DNA of 64,000 nt from Meiothermus sp. GTDB taxonomy: Bacteria; Deinococcota; Deinococci; Deinococcales; Thermaceae. Positions 9,133 to 17,749 of the stretch are shown here, piece after piece. Location: positions 1 through 64,000 of the forward strand of contig JANRLD010000039.1 in assembly GCA_033762915.1 (NCBI GenBank). Direction: 5' to 3'. Numbering within the stretch: position 1 is the first letter of the stretch; each line of letters starts with the position of its first letter. The notes beneath the pieces are model-generated. The model was not told the DNA's origin. It searched no databases and worked only from the letters and a program-made list of their open reading frames with translations. The position numbers were made by a program, and so were the translations under genes.

Positions 9133-9695
9133 TCGACCTCAAGCCCTGGATGCTTCAGTCGAATGATGACACCGAACCACACACTGAGTTTACTCGTTAC
9201 ACGTACGAGGCACGTCAGCAAGGCCGTCATCCTACCGTCTTCTCCTACCACGGCTTTATGTTGCCGACCAAGTATGTCGATGTGCATTACGTAGCCTTCG
9301 GCAAGCAACACGCCAAGTGCTTCGTCACCTTTGTTGAGTACACGTACGATGTTCAGACTGACCAAGTATTTATGGTACCTCGCTACACGGTACCCGCTTG
9401 GCAAGGCAACAATGACCTCCTACACCTACTCCAAGTCTGCCCTGGCGAGACCGACCGTGAATTCAACCTTCACGAGGTGCTGACCAACAGCGGAAGCAGG
9501 GGCCGCTACACCGGAGTTGTTGACCGGATGCGTGCTTTCTATTCGGATGAAGACTTAGTAAGCATTTGCCCGGAAGTTTTTTATTTTCAGGACCCCGCGA
9601 TTGACGGGGAGAAAGTCGCAGTCGAGGCGGACAAGACGCCGATAGAAACACTTGCGGCCGAAGCCCAGCTTCTAGAGTCGGCGCTATCTCGCTGA
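9096..9695 (+). CDS. Phage hypothetical protein
   Basis: 199-aa ORF. Confidence 0.6.
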   Translation: MRYELSPGQVHLIDLKPWMLQSNDDTEPHTEFTRYTYEARQQGRHPTVFSYHGFMLPTKYVDVHYVAFGKQHAKCFVTFVEYTYDVQTDQVFMVPRYTVPAWQGNNDLLHLLQVCPGETDREFNLHEVLTNSGSRGRYTGVVDRMRAFYSDEDLVSICPEVFYFQDPAIDGEKVAVEADKTPIETLAAEAQLLESALSR

Positions 9696-9702
9696 CCTCT
9701 TG

Positions 9703-9735
9703 TTCAAGCCTGCGGCTTACGGCCGCAGGCTTGAA
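9703..9735. terminator. Strong hairpin
   Basis: TTCAAGCCTGCGGC/GCCGCAGGCTTGAA. Confidence 0.5.
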
Positions 9736-9751
9736 GCGAGGTGAAGCAACA

Positions 9752-10102
9752 ATGTCGATAATCGACTTCTTAGTCCGTAACCCACAGTTCTCGCCCTACA
9801 CAGACCGATTGGTAACCATCGACTCGATGCTAGGGCGCAGGGAGTCGGACGTAGTTTTCATACACCCGCAAACTGGCCGTCCAGTCTTCTCCATGCCGAT
9901 TCAGATTGAGGTCGGCGACGATGACGTATACGTTTGGGTGTACGAAGCCTCTTCCCCTCTTGTCGATGTGCAGAACCGCCACTATGCCGCGCTGGTAGAG
10001 ATGGGCTTGGAAGTGGTTAGAGACGGCGTGGTGCTTACGCCCGACCAGTGGCGCGGTCGCATGCTTGACCTCACACGGTCTCACTTCAGGTACCAGATAT
10101 GA
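9752..10102 (+). CDS. Phage hypothetical protein (paralog of next gene)
   Basis: GAGGTG RBS; N-terminus similar to the 10099 protein. Confidence 0.6.
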   Translation: MSIIDFLVRNPQFSPYTDRLVTIDSMLGRRESDVVFIHPQTGRPVFSMPIQIEVGDDDVYVWVYEASSPLVDVQNRHYAALVEMGLEVVRDGVVLTPDQWRGRMLDLTRSHFRYQI

Positions 10103-10437
10103 CCGTCCTGGAGTTTCTGGTAGCGTACCCAGAGTTTGCACCGTACGCTGAATACCTCAAAACCACTGACTTCACGCTGAACGGCAACCCCACGATAACC
10201 TTCGTTTGCCCTAGGACTGGCGTCTCCACCCTAAGCGTAGAGTTGCCTTCCAAACCCGTGTCTGTGATTCACTGTTTGGTACACGGAGGCACGCGTACGA
10301 TGAACAGGGTAAAGTACACTCCAACCCACTTCCAAGGGGTTTTGTCCATTGCCAAGTTCATCGTATCCGGCATCTACTACCCGTACTACGAGTCTCATGC
10401 AATAGAAATTGCACTGCACAAGCTTCACCCGAATTAA
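10099..10437 (+). CDS. Phage hypothetical protein (paralog of previous gene)
   Basis: ATGA overlap; shared N-terminal motif. Confidence 0.6.
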   Translation: MTVLEFLVAYPEFAPYAEYLKTTDFTLNGNPTITFVCPRTGVSTLSVELPSKPVSVIHCLVHGGTRTMNRVKYTPTHFQGVLSIAKFIVSGIYYPYYESHAIEIALHKLHPN

Positions 10438-10566
10438 GGGTTAGAGTTTCGTGGTTAGTGGTATACTGGCATTGCGGTCGGTGTCCAGACAGAAGGTCGT
10501 TAGCCGTCTCTGCAAAGTTGAAACAGTGTCCTGCACGTGCTTTACTGGGTGGTCTACTAGTTTTCG

Positions 10567-10614
10567 TGCTTTGCAAGCAGCGGGTCGGGGGTTCAAATCC
10601 CTTCGCCTCCACCA
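10567..10614 (+). repeat. 3' half of tRNA-Ala(TGC); probable attR
   Basis: TGCTTTGCAAGCAG anticodon arm, GGTTCAAATCC T arm, CGCCTCCACCA end with U70 (Ala identity); no D arm or 5' acceptor strand upstream. Confidence 0.85.
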
Positions 10615-10617
10615 GAA

Positions 10618-10650
10618 GAAAACCTCGCCGCGCGGCGAGGTTTTCGATTT
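10618..10650. terminator. Bidirectional terminator after the tRNA fragment and hemY
   Basis: GAAAACCTCGCCG/CGGCGAGGTTTTC. Confidence 0.75.
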
Positions 10651-10658
10651 ATTGGCCG

Positions 10659-11975
10659 TCAAGCCAAGGCTTTGGGCCCCTCCATCAGTAAGTAGTCCAG
10701 CGCCCGGCCCATGGTGGCCCTGGCGTGCGCGACGATCTGGGCCAGGTTGGGGCCTGCCAGGTAGCTGCCGGTCAGGAAGAGGCCGGGGGCGTGGGTGAGG
10801 ATCTGCTCGAGGTCGTGCACCCGCTGAGCGTGTTTCGCGCCGTACTGCGGGCGGCTGCTCGGGGCGCGAAAGACCCAGGAGGCCGCAGGTTTTGCGGGCT
10901 CACCCCAGAGCTTTGCGAGGTCGGCGGCGGCCAGCCTGGAGAGGGTAGCGTCGGCGGCGCGGGCGCTGCTGCCCATAAACTCCACGCTGGCGGTCTGGAA
11001 GCCGTTCTGCGGCCCCCGCACGGCCACGCGGTAGCCACCGAAGCCCTGCCCCTGCGCGATCATCCACTCGCCCGCCGCCTTGGGCGCATCGCTCACCCGG
11101 TAACCCTGCCAGACCTTGGCGTTGTGGGTGTGGGGGAAGTGGTTGATCAGGGTAGTGAAGGAGGGCGCGGTTCGTCGGAAGAGCCTAGCGGCCTGGGGGG
11201 CCGGGAGGGCCATCACCACGGCGTCGGCGCTGTGGACCTGGGTGGTCGTCTGCACCTGCCAGATCCCGCCCTGCTTGGCCAGGGCCACGGCTTCCTGGCG
11301 GGTGTACATCTTCACACCGCCCTCGAGCAGGCTCTGCCCAAGTGTATGGATCAGGTTCCCCATCCCGCCCGCCGGAACCAGTGCGGGGGCGGGCTGAACC
11401 TTGCGGCTGGCCTGTATGAGGCCGCCGCGCTCGAGCGCGGCCAGCCCGGGGTAGGCCAGCGCCGCCACCAGGTCGGCAGAATAGCCGCCCCACTCGGCCG
11501 TGGCGGCTGGCTCGAGAACGCGCCAGACCTCCTCGCCCAGGCGGCGCGAGAGGAAGCTCTCGAGGCTCTCCTCCGCCGCGCTGCTGGCCCCGCCGAAGCG
11601 CTCGGTACCCAGCTTCCAGCGGCTCCCCGCGCTGAGCGGGAGCTTGCCCAGCAGGTGCAGTCCCGCGCCGGTGGACAGGTCGAGGCCCCCCGGCAGCGGC
11701 CAGTGCTTGCCGCCCTGGATCACGAAGCGGTCAAGCTCGGGCCTAGGGGCCAGGGCTACGCCGATCTCCAGGCACAGCTCGCGCAGGGCGGTGGGGTTTG
11801 GGGCGAACCCCTCGAGGCCGGTCTCGAGCAGGTGACCGTCGACCCGCAGGGTCTGGGTGCGACCGCCCCACTGCGGGCTGGCCTCGATCACCGCCACCTC
11901 GTGCTCGTCCCGCCGCGCCCAGTACGCCGCCGCCAGCCCCGCCGCCCCGCCCCCGATCACCAGCACCTTGGCCAT
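10659..11975 (-). CDS. hemY: Protoporphyrinogen/coproporphyrinogen oxidase (HemY-like FAD enzyme)
   Basis: VIGGGAAGLAAA FAD motif, GGRTQT, PQY; TACAAT just upstream of ATG. Confidence 0.75.
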   Translation of the reverse strand: MAKVLVIGGGAAGLAAAYWARRDEHEVAVIEASPQWGGRTQTLRVDGHLLETGLEGFAPNPTALRELCLEIGVALAPRPELDRFVIQGGKHWPLPGGLDLSTGAGLHLLGKLPLSAGSRWKLGTERFGGASSAAEESLESFLSRRLGEEVWRVLEPAATAEWGGYSADLVAALAYPGLAALERGGLIQASRKVQPAPALVPAGGMGNLIHTLGQSLLEGGVKMYTRQEAVALAKQGGIWQVQTTTQVHSADAVVMALPAPQAARLFRRTAPSFTTLINHFPHTHNAKVWQGYRVSDAPKAAGEWMIAQGQGFGGYRVAVRGPQNGFQTASVEFMGSSARAADATLSRLAAADLAKLWGEPAKPAASWVFRAPSSRPQYGAKHAQRVHDLEQILTHAPGLFLTGSYLAGPNLAQIVAHARATMGRALDYLLMEGPKALA

Positions 11976-12117
11976 AGCTGATGGATTGTACACGGTGGGG
12001 TCGGGGGTTGAGAACAGGAGGGCTGAGCAGGAGCAGGACCCAGAGGGAGGGCTCCGGGGTCGAAGGCGGCCCCCTCTCGCTTTAGCACCCCCGCCCATAT
12101 TCCGGTAGGATAGCCGC

Positions 12118-12759
12118 GTGAAAATCTCCGTTTTGCTGCCCGCTGCTGGCTCGGGAGAGCGCGTTGGGCGTGGGCCGAAGGCGTTTATCGAGGTCGGCGG
12201 GAAGACGCTGCTCCGGTGGGCGCTCGAGGGGTTCGCCTTTGCGGATGAGATCGTGGTGGCGTTGCCCGCGGGGCGAAGCCTGGACCTGCCGAACGTCAGG
12301 ACGGTGGCGGGCGGGGCGACCCGGCAGCAGAGCGTGTTCAACTTGGTCGAGGCCGCGACCGCAGACGTGGTGCTGGTGCACGACGTGGCGCGGCCTTTCG
12401 TGGTGCGGGCGGCAGTGGAGCGACTGCTCGAGGCGGTCGGGGAGACCGGGGCGGCGACCCTCGCGGTAGCGGTCCCCGACACCCTGGTGCGCTTCGAGGC
12501 GGGACGGTACGGGGCGGTTACCCCCAGGGACCAGCAGCGCCTGGTGCAAACCCCCCAGGGCTTCCGGCGGGAGCTGCTGTGGGAGGCGCACAAAAGTGCC
12601 CGGGCCGGGGGCCTCGAGTTTACCGACGACGCCCAGGTGGTGATGTATGCGGGGCATCCCGTGGCGCTGGTGGAAGGCGACCGCAGAATGTTCAAAGTGA
12701 CCTACCCCGAAGACCTCGATCTGGCCGAGGGGTTGGCGCGGGGCTGGCGTGTAGACTGA
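12118..12759 (+). CDS. ispD: 2-C-methyl-D-erythritol 4-phosphate cytidylyltransferase
   Basis: PAAGSGER, GGATRQQSV, VHDVARP, QTPQGF, TDDA, KVTYPEDL. Confidence 0.95.
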   Translation: MKISVLLPAAGSGERVGRGPKAFIEVGGKTLLRWALEGFAFADEIVVALPAGRSLDLPNVRTVAGGATRQQSVFNLVEAATADVVLVHDVARPFVVRAAVERLLEAVGETGAATLAVAVPDTLVRFEAGRYGAVTPRDQQRLVQTPQGFRRELLWEAHKSARAGGLEFTDDAQVVMYAGHPVALVEGDRRMFKVTYPEDLDLAEGLARGWRVD

Positions 12760-12764
12760 CCCCC

Positions 12765-13925
12765 ATGAACGACCCCTACAACGCGCTGGTGATGCCGGTG
12801 GAGCAGCCCTCGGGGGGCTCCGGGGCGCTGGGCGGGCTCGAGTTCGCGGCCAAAGATCTGTTCGACGTGGCGGGGCTCCCCACCGGCGCGGGCAACCCCG
12901 ACTTTGTGAAGCGTTGGGGCATCCCGGGCCGGGACGCGTGGGCCGTGGCCGCTCTTAAAAGGGCGGGCGCAAAGCTGGTTGGTAAGACCCACACCCACGA
13001 GCTTGCCTACGGCATGAGCGGCATCAACCCGCACTTCGGCACCCCGCAAAACCCGAAAGTGGCGGGGGGCATCCCGGGCGGTTCCTCCTCGGGCTCGGGC
13101 GTGGCGGTGGCGGCGGGACTGGTGCCCTTCGCGCTGGGCAGCGACACCGGCGGCTCGGTGCGGATTCCGGCCTCCTTCTGCGGCACCTACGCCTACCGAC
13201 CCACCCACGGGGTTATTCCCGCCCAGGGTGTGGTGGCGCTGGCCCACAGCTACGACACCGTGGGCCTACTGGCGGCCGACCCCGAGATCATGGAGCGGGC
13301 TGCTCGAGTGCTCCTATCCGATGCCCTGCCCGAGGTAGGGTTCGAGCGGGCCGTGATCATGACCGACGCCCTCGAGCTGGCCGCGCCCGAGGCCCAGCGG
13401 GGCGTCCGGCGTACGGCGGAGGGTCTCGAGCGCCTCGGCCTGAGAATCGAGGAGAAGCGCCTTGGTCTGCTCCAAGAGGCGCGGGAGACCCAGCGTGTCC
13501 TGCAGGGTGCGCAGGCCTGGGGGTATCACCAGCAGTGGGTCGAGGAGGCCCGGCCCCGGCTGGGCGAGGACGTGCGGCGGCTGCTCGAGATGGCCTCGAG
13601 GTTCACCGCCGCCGAGATCGGGCGGGCCATGAGCGCCCAGGTTTCCCTCCGGGCCGAGATGGGGGCCTGGCTCGAGCCGGGCACCCTGGTGCTGATGCCC
13701 TCTACCCCCGGCTCGGCCCCGAAAATCGCCGAGTTTCAGGACGCCGAGCGTGCGCTCGAGTTTCGCTGGCGGGCCCTCAGCCTGACCTGCTACGCCTCTG
13801 TGCTGGGCGCGCCGGCCGTGGCCGTCCCCACCGAACAGCCGGGCGAGGCCCCGGTCGGCGCACAGCTCATCGCGGCCTGGGGCAGCGACTTGGGGCTTCT
13901 GCGGCTAGCGCGACGGCTGGTCTGA
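12765..13925 (+). CDS. Amidase signature family protein
   Basis: KDLFD, PGGSSSGS, GSDTGGSVRIPAS. Confidence 0.9.
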   Translation: MNDPYNALVMPVEQPSGGSGALGGLEFAAKDLFDVAGLPTGAGNPDFVKRWGIPGRDAWAVAALKRAGAKLVGKTHTHELAYGMSGINPHFGTPQNPKVAGGIPGGSSSGSGVAVAAGLVPFALGSDTGGSVRIPASFCGTYAYRPTHGVIPAQGVVALAHSYDTVGLLAADPEIMERAARVLLSDALPEVGFERAVIMTDALELAAPEAQRGVRRTAEGLERLGLRIEEKRLGLLQEARETQRVLQGAQAWGYHQQWVEEARPRLGEDVRRLLEMASRFTAAEIGRAMSAQVSLRAEMGAWLEPGTLVLMPSTPGSAPKIAEFQDAERALEFRWRALSLTCYASVLGAPAVAVPTEQPGEAPVGAQLIAAWGSDLGLLRLARRLV

Positions 13926-13926
13926 T

Positions 13927-14043
13927 CGCGGTTCCCATCAATACCCCGCCCACAGTGAGGAGTGTACTCGGTACGGCAGTTTTTGCTGTATTGATCGCGT
14001 TTCCCACCACTACTCCGCCTACGGTGCGGAGTAGTGCACTCGC
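13927..14043 (-). repeat. Two tandem partial copies of MITE-like family B
   Basis: Both begin TCGCG(G/T)TTCCCA; reverse complement matches the element at 52595-52815. Confidence 0.7.
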
Positions 14044-14176
14044 ATGAATCACCTATGCCGATGCCGGGATCCTACCGAAGTTAAGTGAAAAGCCAGTCCT
14101 TAAGGCGGTTCCAGTCCATATGCCTCAGCAAGACAGCGCTCGGCGCGTGGTTGTGTTCGCCGGCAGGTGGCCCAGA

Positions 14177-14518
14177 CTAAACCCGCTTGGCGTCGGCCCA
14201 GAAGCCTTCCAGGTCGTAATACTCCCGCGCGTCGGCACTCATCAGGTGGACCAGCACTGAGCCGAAGTCCAGCAGTACCCAGCGCGGGCTGGGGCCTTCG
14301 ACCTTGTTAACCCGCACGCCCTCCTCGAGCATCCGCTCGCGCACCGAGCGCTCGAGGGCGTTGAGGTGCGGCTGGGAGGTCCCGGTGGCGATCACGAAGT
14401 AGTCCAGCGAGTCCGAGACCCCGGTCAGATCCAGGGCCACGATGTTCTCCGCCTTTTTGTCGTCCAGGGCTTCCTTGATGCTCGAGATGAGTCGGGTGGT
14501 GTCAATGGTCCTAACCAT
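14177..14518 (-). CDS. rsfS: Ribosome silencing factor
   Basis: DDKKAENIVALD, DYFVIATG, WVLLDFGSVLVHLM, REYYDLEGFW. Confidence 0.95.
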   Translation of the reverse strand: MVRTIDTTRLISSIKEALDDKKAENIVALDLTGVSDSLDYFVIATGTSQPHLNALERSVRERMLEEGVRVNKVEGPSPRWVLLDFGSVLVHLMSADAREYYDLEGFWADAKRV

Positions 14519-14801
14519 TCAACCCGCATTGTAGCAGATCGGGCTGAGGGGAGTTTGGGCGATCGATGCTTGACAACCCTTGACGCACGCACCCCTGGGG
14601 CGTGTAGAGCCAAAGCACTGTAACTCTTCTGCCACGCCCTAAGGGATGCCCTGCTCGCCACGGGAGCGCCCTCAGCTTTAGGCATGCGCGAGGCGTGGCA
14701 TGCCCCTTTGGCCGGCCAGACCCCACATTAAACGCTAACTCAAGCCCAACCTGCCCAATATTCACCCCGTCTGCCCCTTCCAGTGTCTATACTCAGAGGC
14801 G

Positions 14802-15257
14802 ATGAAGAAAACACTGATGGTTCTAGGATTGCTGGCCAGCATCGGGTCGGGTCTGGCCCAGTCGGGTCCTGCGGTGTATCAGCAGAACTGCGCCTTCTGC
14901 CACAGTGACAACGGGCAGGGGCGGGTGGGGGCTTTCCCCCCGCTGGCCGGGCACTCGCCCGCGCTGATCGCCCTCGAGCAGGGTCGCAGCCAACTCATTG
15001 CTACCCTCCTCTACGGGATGCAAGGGCCGATTAAGGCCAAGGGCAACACCTACAACGGGGTGATGCCTTCCTTCGCCCAGCTCTCCAACGAGCAGCTGGC
15101 CAACGTCCTCAACTACATCCTGACCGCGTGGAACAACGACCGTAGCCTCCCCGCCAACTTTCAGCCCGTCACCCCCGCCGAGGTTGCTGCTGCCCGCGCC
15201 ACCCGCCTGACCCCACAGCAGGTCGGGGCCAATCGGGCCAGGCTCAACGTCCCTTAA
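14802..15257 (+). CDS. Cytochrome c552-like
   Basis: Signal peptide, CAFCH, FPPLAGH, YNGVMP. Confidence 0.9.
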   Translation: MKKTLMVLGLLASIGSGLAQSGPAVYQQNCAFCHSDNGQGRVGAFPPLAGHSPALIALEQGRSQLIATLLYGMQGPIKAKGNTYNGVMPSFAQLSNEQLANVLNYILTAWNNDRSLPANFQPVTPAEVAAARATRLTPQQVGANRARLNVP

Positions 15258-15389
15258 GGCCCGGGCTTCCCGCGCGCCTCCTCGGGCGGGCCGGATGAGG
15301 TCGCTTCTATCAACGCCGAGGCAAGTACGTTTATCCTATAGGGGTGGGTTCTAGGTAGGCCCCACACTTTGGAATGGAGGAGTCTAGGT

Positions 15390-15833
15390 ATGCTCAAACG
15401 TCTGGTGATGTCGCTTCTGGTAGTCGGGGTCAGTAGCGCGGTGGCCCAGGGGGCCACGGTTTATCAACAATGCCAGGGCTGTCATCAGGCCACTGGGGCG
15501 GGTATCAACGCGGTGTTCCCGCCGCTGGCAGGCCATGTCCCAGAGATTCTGGCCGCCAAGGGGGGCCGCCAGTGGATCATCCGGCTGTTGCTCAACGGCA
15601 TGACTGGGCAGATCAGCGTCAAGGGCGTCAACTACAACGGCGCCATGCCCGGCTATAAGCAGCTTTCCGACCAGCAGATTGCCGACGTGCTCAACCACAT
15701 CTCGACCCAGTGGGGTAACAAGTTCCCGGCCGGCCAGGGCCCCTTCACCGCCGCCGAGGTCAAGGCTCAGCGCGCCACCGCCCTCACCGGGGCGCAGGTC
15801 AATCAGGCCAGGGCCGCGCTCGGGCTGAAGTAG
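15390..15833 (+). CDS. Cytochrome c552-like
   Basis: GGAGG RBS, signal peptide, CQGCH, FPPLAGH, YNGAMP. Confidence 0.9.
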   Translation: MLKRLVMSLLVVGVSSAVAQGATVYQQCQGCHQATGAGINAVFPPLAGHVPEILAAKGGRQWIIRLLLNGMTGQISVKGVNYNGAMPGYKQLSDQQIADVLNHISTQWGNKFPAGQGPFTAAEVKAQRATALTGAQVNQARAALGLK

Positions 15834-15853
15834 GTCGTCAAACGTTAAGCGCC

Positions 15854-15895
15854 AAGCGCCGAACGCCTGAACCCTCAGGCGTTCGGCGCTTTGTT
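15854..15895 (+). terminator. Intrinsic terminator
   Basis: 17-bp stem AAGCGCCGAACGCCTGA/TCAGGCGTTCGGCGCTT. Confidence 0.7.
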
Positions 15896-15941
15896 GATGA
15901 CCCTCGGCCCTTGGCCCTGGGCATTTTGATAGTCTGAGCGT

Positions 15942-16463
15942 GTGGCGAAGCGTTCTACCACCGACTGGGCGGTGCTGGCCTGTCTGGGCGAGGGAGCTGC
16001 CCATGGCTTCAGGCTGGCCGGGGTGTTCGGGGGTCGGCAGGACTTGGGTTTCATCTGGCGCATCGCCCGCCCTCAGGTCTACCGGGCGTTGGAGTACCTC
16101 AGCGCCGACCGGCTGATCGCCGCCGTGCGGCAGGAGGAGGGCGAGGCTGGGCCGTCGCGCACCGTCTTCGCGCTGACCCAAGCCGGCCGTGCCGAACTCG
16201 AGCACTGGCTGCAGGCCCCGGTGTGGCATTTGCGTGATGGGCGCTCGGAACTGCTGCTAAAGCTGGCCTTCTTGCGGCGGCGCGGCCTACCCACGCGGGG
16301 ATTGTTGGTAGCCCAGCTCGAGATCTTCGCCGATGCAGAGCGGCGCTACCGGGCGCAACTTGACGGGGCCGAGGGGCTGGAACGGATCGCGCTGGAGTGG
16401 CGGTTGAGCGTTGCGACTGCTGCCGTGGCCTTTGTGCGGGGGCAACTCGAGGACGCGAATTGA
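15942..16463 (+). CDS. PadR family transcriptional regulator
   Basis: HGF, QVYRALEYL, FALTQAGRAELEHWL. Confidence 0.85.
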   Translation: MAKRSTTDWAVLACLGEGAAHGFRLAGVFGGRQDLGFIWRIARPQVYRALEYLSADRLIAAVRQEEGEAGPSRTVFALTQAGRAELEHWLQAPVWHLRDGRSELLLKLAFLRRRGLPTRGLLVAQLEIFADAERRYRAQLDGAEGLERIALEWRLSVATAAVAFVRGQLEDAN

Positions 16464-16526
16464 GTCCTGATCTAGTTACAGTGTGACTATTTTGCGGTAT
16501 AGTCAACCTCGAACCGGGGTGTCGCC

Positions 16527-17282
16527 ATGACGAAGAGGTTGTTACTGACAGGGGTGTTTGTGCTGTTGGGCCTGGTCCAGGCCCAAGAAATTCGGGTGGC
16601 GGTGGCGGCAAATCTGCGCGACACCTTCGAACAGTTGGTTCAGGTTTACAACCGTAGCAACCCCGGCATCAAGGTTACGCCCGCCTACGGCGCGTCGGGC
16701 GCGTTCACCCAGCAGATCGCCAGCGGTGCGCCCTTCGACATCTTTATGTCGGCAGACCTGGCCTTCCCCCAAGACCTCATGCGGCGTGGGCTGGTCGAGG
16801 AGGGGACGCTGCGCACCTACGCAGTGGGTAAGCTGATCCTGTTCCTACCCTCGAGGGTCGGGGTGCAGGCCACCTCGCTGCGAATCCTCACCGATCCCCG
16901 CATCACCCGCCTCATCATCGCCAACCCCGAGACCGCCCCCTACGGTCGGGCGGCGGTGCAGGCCATGACGCGGGCCGGGGTCTACGAGGGAGTGCGCCCC
17001 AAGATTGCCTTCGGGCAGAATATCGCCCAGGCCGCCCAGCTCACCTTGGCAGCGGGCGATGCAGGTTTTATCAACCTCTCCGCCATCTACGGCCCCGACC
17101 TACGGCAGCAGGGCACCTGGTACATCGTCCCACAGAACCTCTATGACCCCATCGAGCAGGGCATGGTGATCGTCAAGGGCCGCGCCCGGCCCGAGGTGCG
17201 GGCTTTTTTTGCCTTCCTCACTTCCGCCGAGGCCAACCGCGTCTACCGGGCCTGGGGCTACGACCTGCCTCGAGCCCCCTAA
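16527..17282 (+). CDS. modA: Molybdate ABC transporter substrate-binding protein
   Basis: VAVAANL, GASG, GAPFDIFMSAD, ANPETAPYGRAA. Confidence 0.9.
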   Translation: MTKRLLLTGVFVLLGLVQAQEIRVAVAANLRDTFEQLVQVYNRSNPGIKVTPAYGASGAFTQQIASGAPFDIFMSADLAFPQDLMRRGLVEEGTLRTYAVGKLILFLPSRVGVQATSLRILTDPRITRLIIANPETAPYGRAAVQAMTRAGVYEGVRPKIAFGQNIAQAAQLTLAAGDAGFINLSAIYGPDLRQQGTWYIVPQNLYDPIEQGMVIVKGRARPEVRAFFAFLTSAEANRVYRAWGYDLPRAP

Positions 17283-17288
17283 GCCTCC

Positions 17289-17746
17289 ATGTGGCTGCGG
17301 GTGAAACTTTGGCTCGAGGCCGAGGACGGGCAGTACCTGCTGGGGCCGGGGCCTTGCATTTGCTGGAGGCCATCGAGGCCAGTGGCAGCCTCAAGGCCGG
17401 GGCCAAGTCTGTGGGTATCGGCTACCGGGGGGCCTGGGACAGGGTGAGGAAGGCCGAGGAAGGGCTGGGCTTCGCACTCTTGGAGCGGTGCTCCGGTGGC
17501 GAGGGCGGGGGGCATAAGTATCTCCATAGTGGAATTGCAGCATCCGCACTCGCCGATGGATCGGGCAATTGCGCCCACAAGCCGCTCGCTGATGAGGCTG
17601 TGCTGAAGTCCTGCAATCTCACTATGGCGCAACTTAGAGCCCTCACTCCTGAGGCCCACAGTCTGCTGGGGCCTTACCGCCGCTTCCTGGACGGCCTCGA
17701 GGCCGAACTCGAGGCGCGGTTTCGGGGTACGATGGCGGACACATAG
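17289..17746 (+). pseudogene. modE: ModE-family winged-helix regulator with a 1-nt frameshift and a 120-bp in-frame insertion
   Basis: MWLRVKLWL..LGPG in one frame, LLEAIEASGSLK..YRGAW in another; MITE at 17515-17636. Confidence 0.75.
17515..17636 (-). mobile_element. MITE-like family A element, TA-flanked, 122 bp
   Basis: Imperfect TIRs TAAGTatctCCATAGTG / CACTATGGcgcaACTTA; similar to 19638-19759. Confidence 0.75.
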
Positions 17747-17749
17747 GTC

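Larger units (their letters stand above)
1..10614 (+). mobile_element. Right portion of a prophage integrated at tRNA-Ala(TGC); left end and integrase lie outside the window
   Basis: Dense co-oriented phage-type replication genes, visibly lower GC and few CTCGAG sites compared with the host, ending at a tRNA-Ala 3' fragment. Confidence 0.85.

Noticed and set aside
10540..10614. Complete tRNA-Ala or tmRNA end
   Set aside because: No D arm or 5' acceptor strand; has a TGC anticodon arm, so it is a tRNA fragment rather than ssrA
1..10614. Arbitrium, DGR or retron in the prophage
   Set aside because: No TPR receptor, reverse transcriptase or template/variable repeat pair visible in this part of the element
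11976..12695. N-terminal extension making a 678-aa HemY
   Set aside because: Antisense to ispD; the FAD motif and -10 box place the start at 11975
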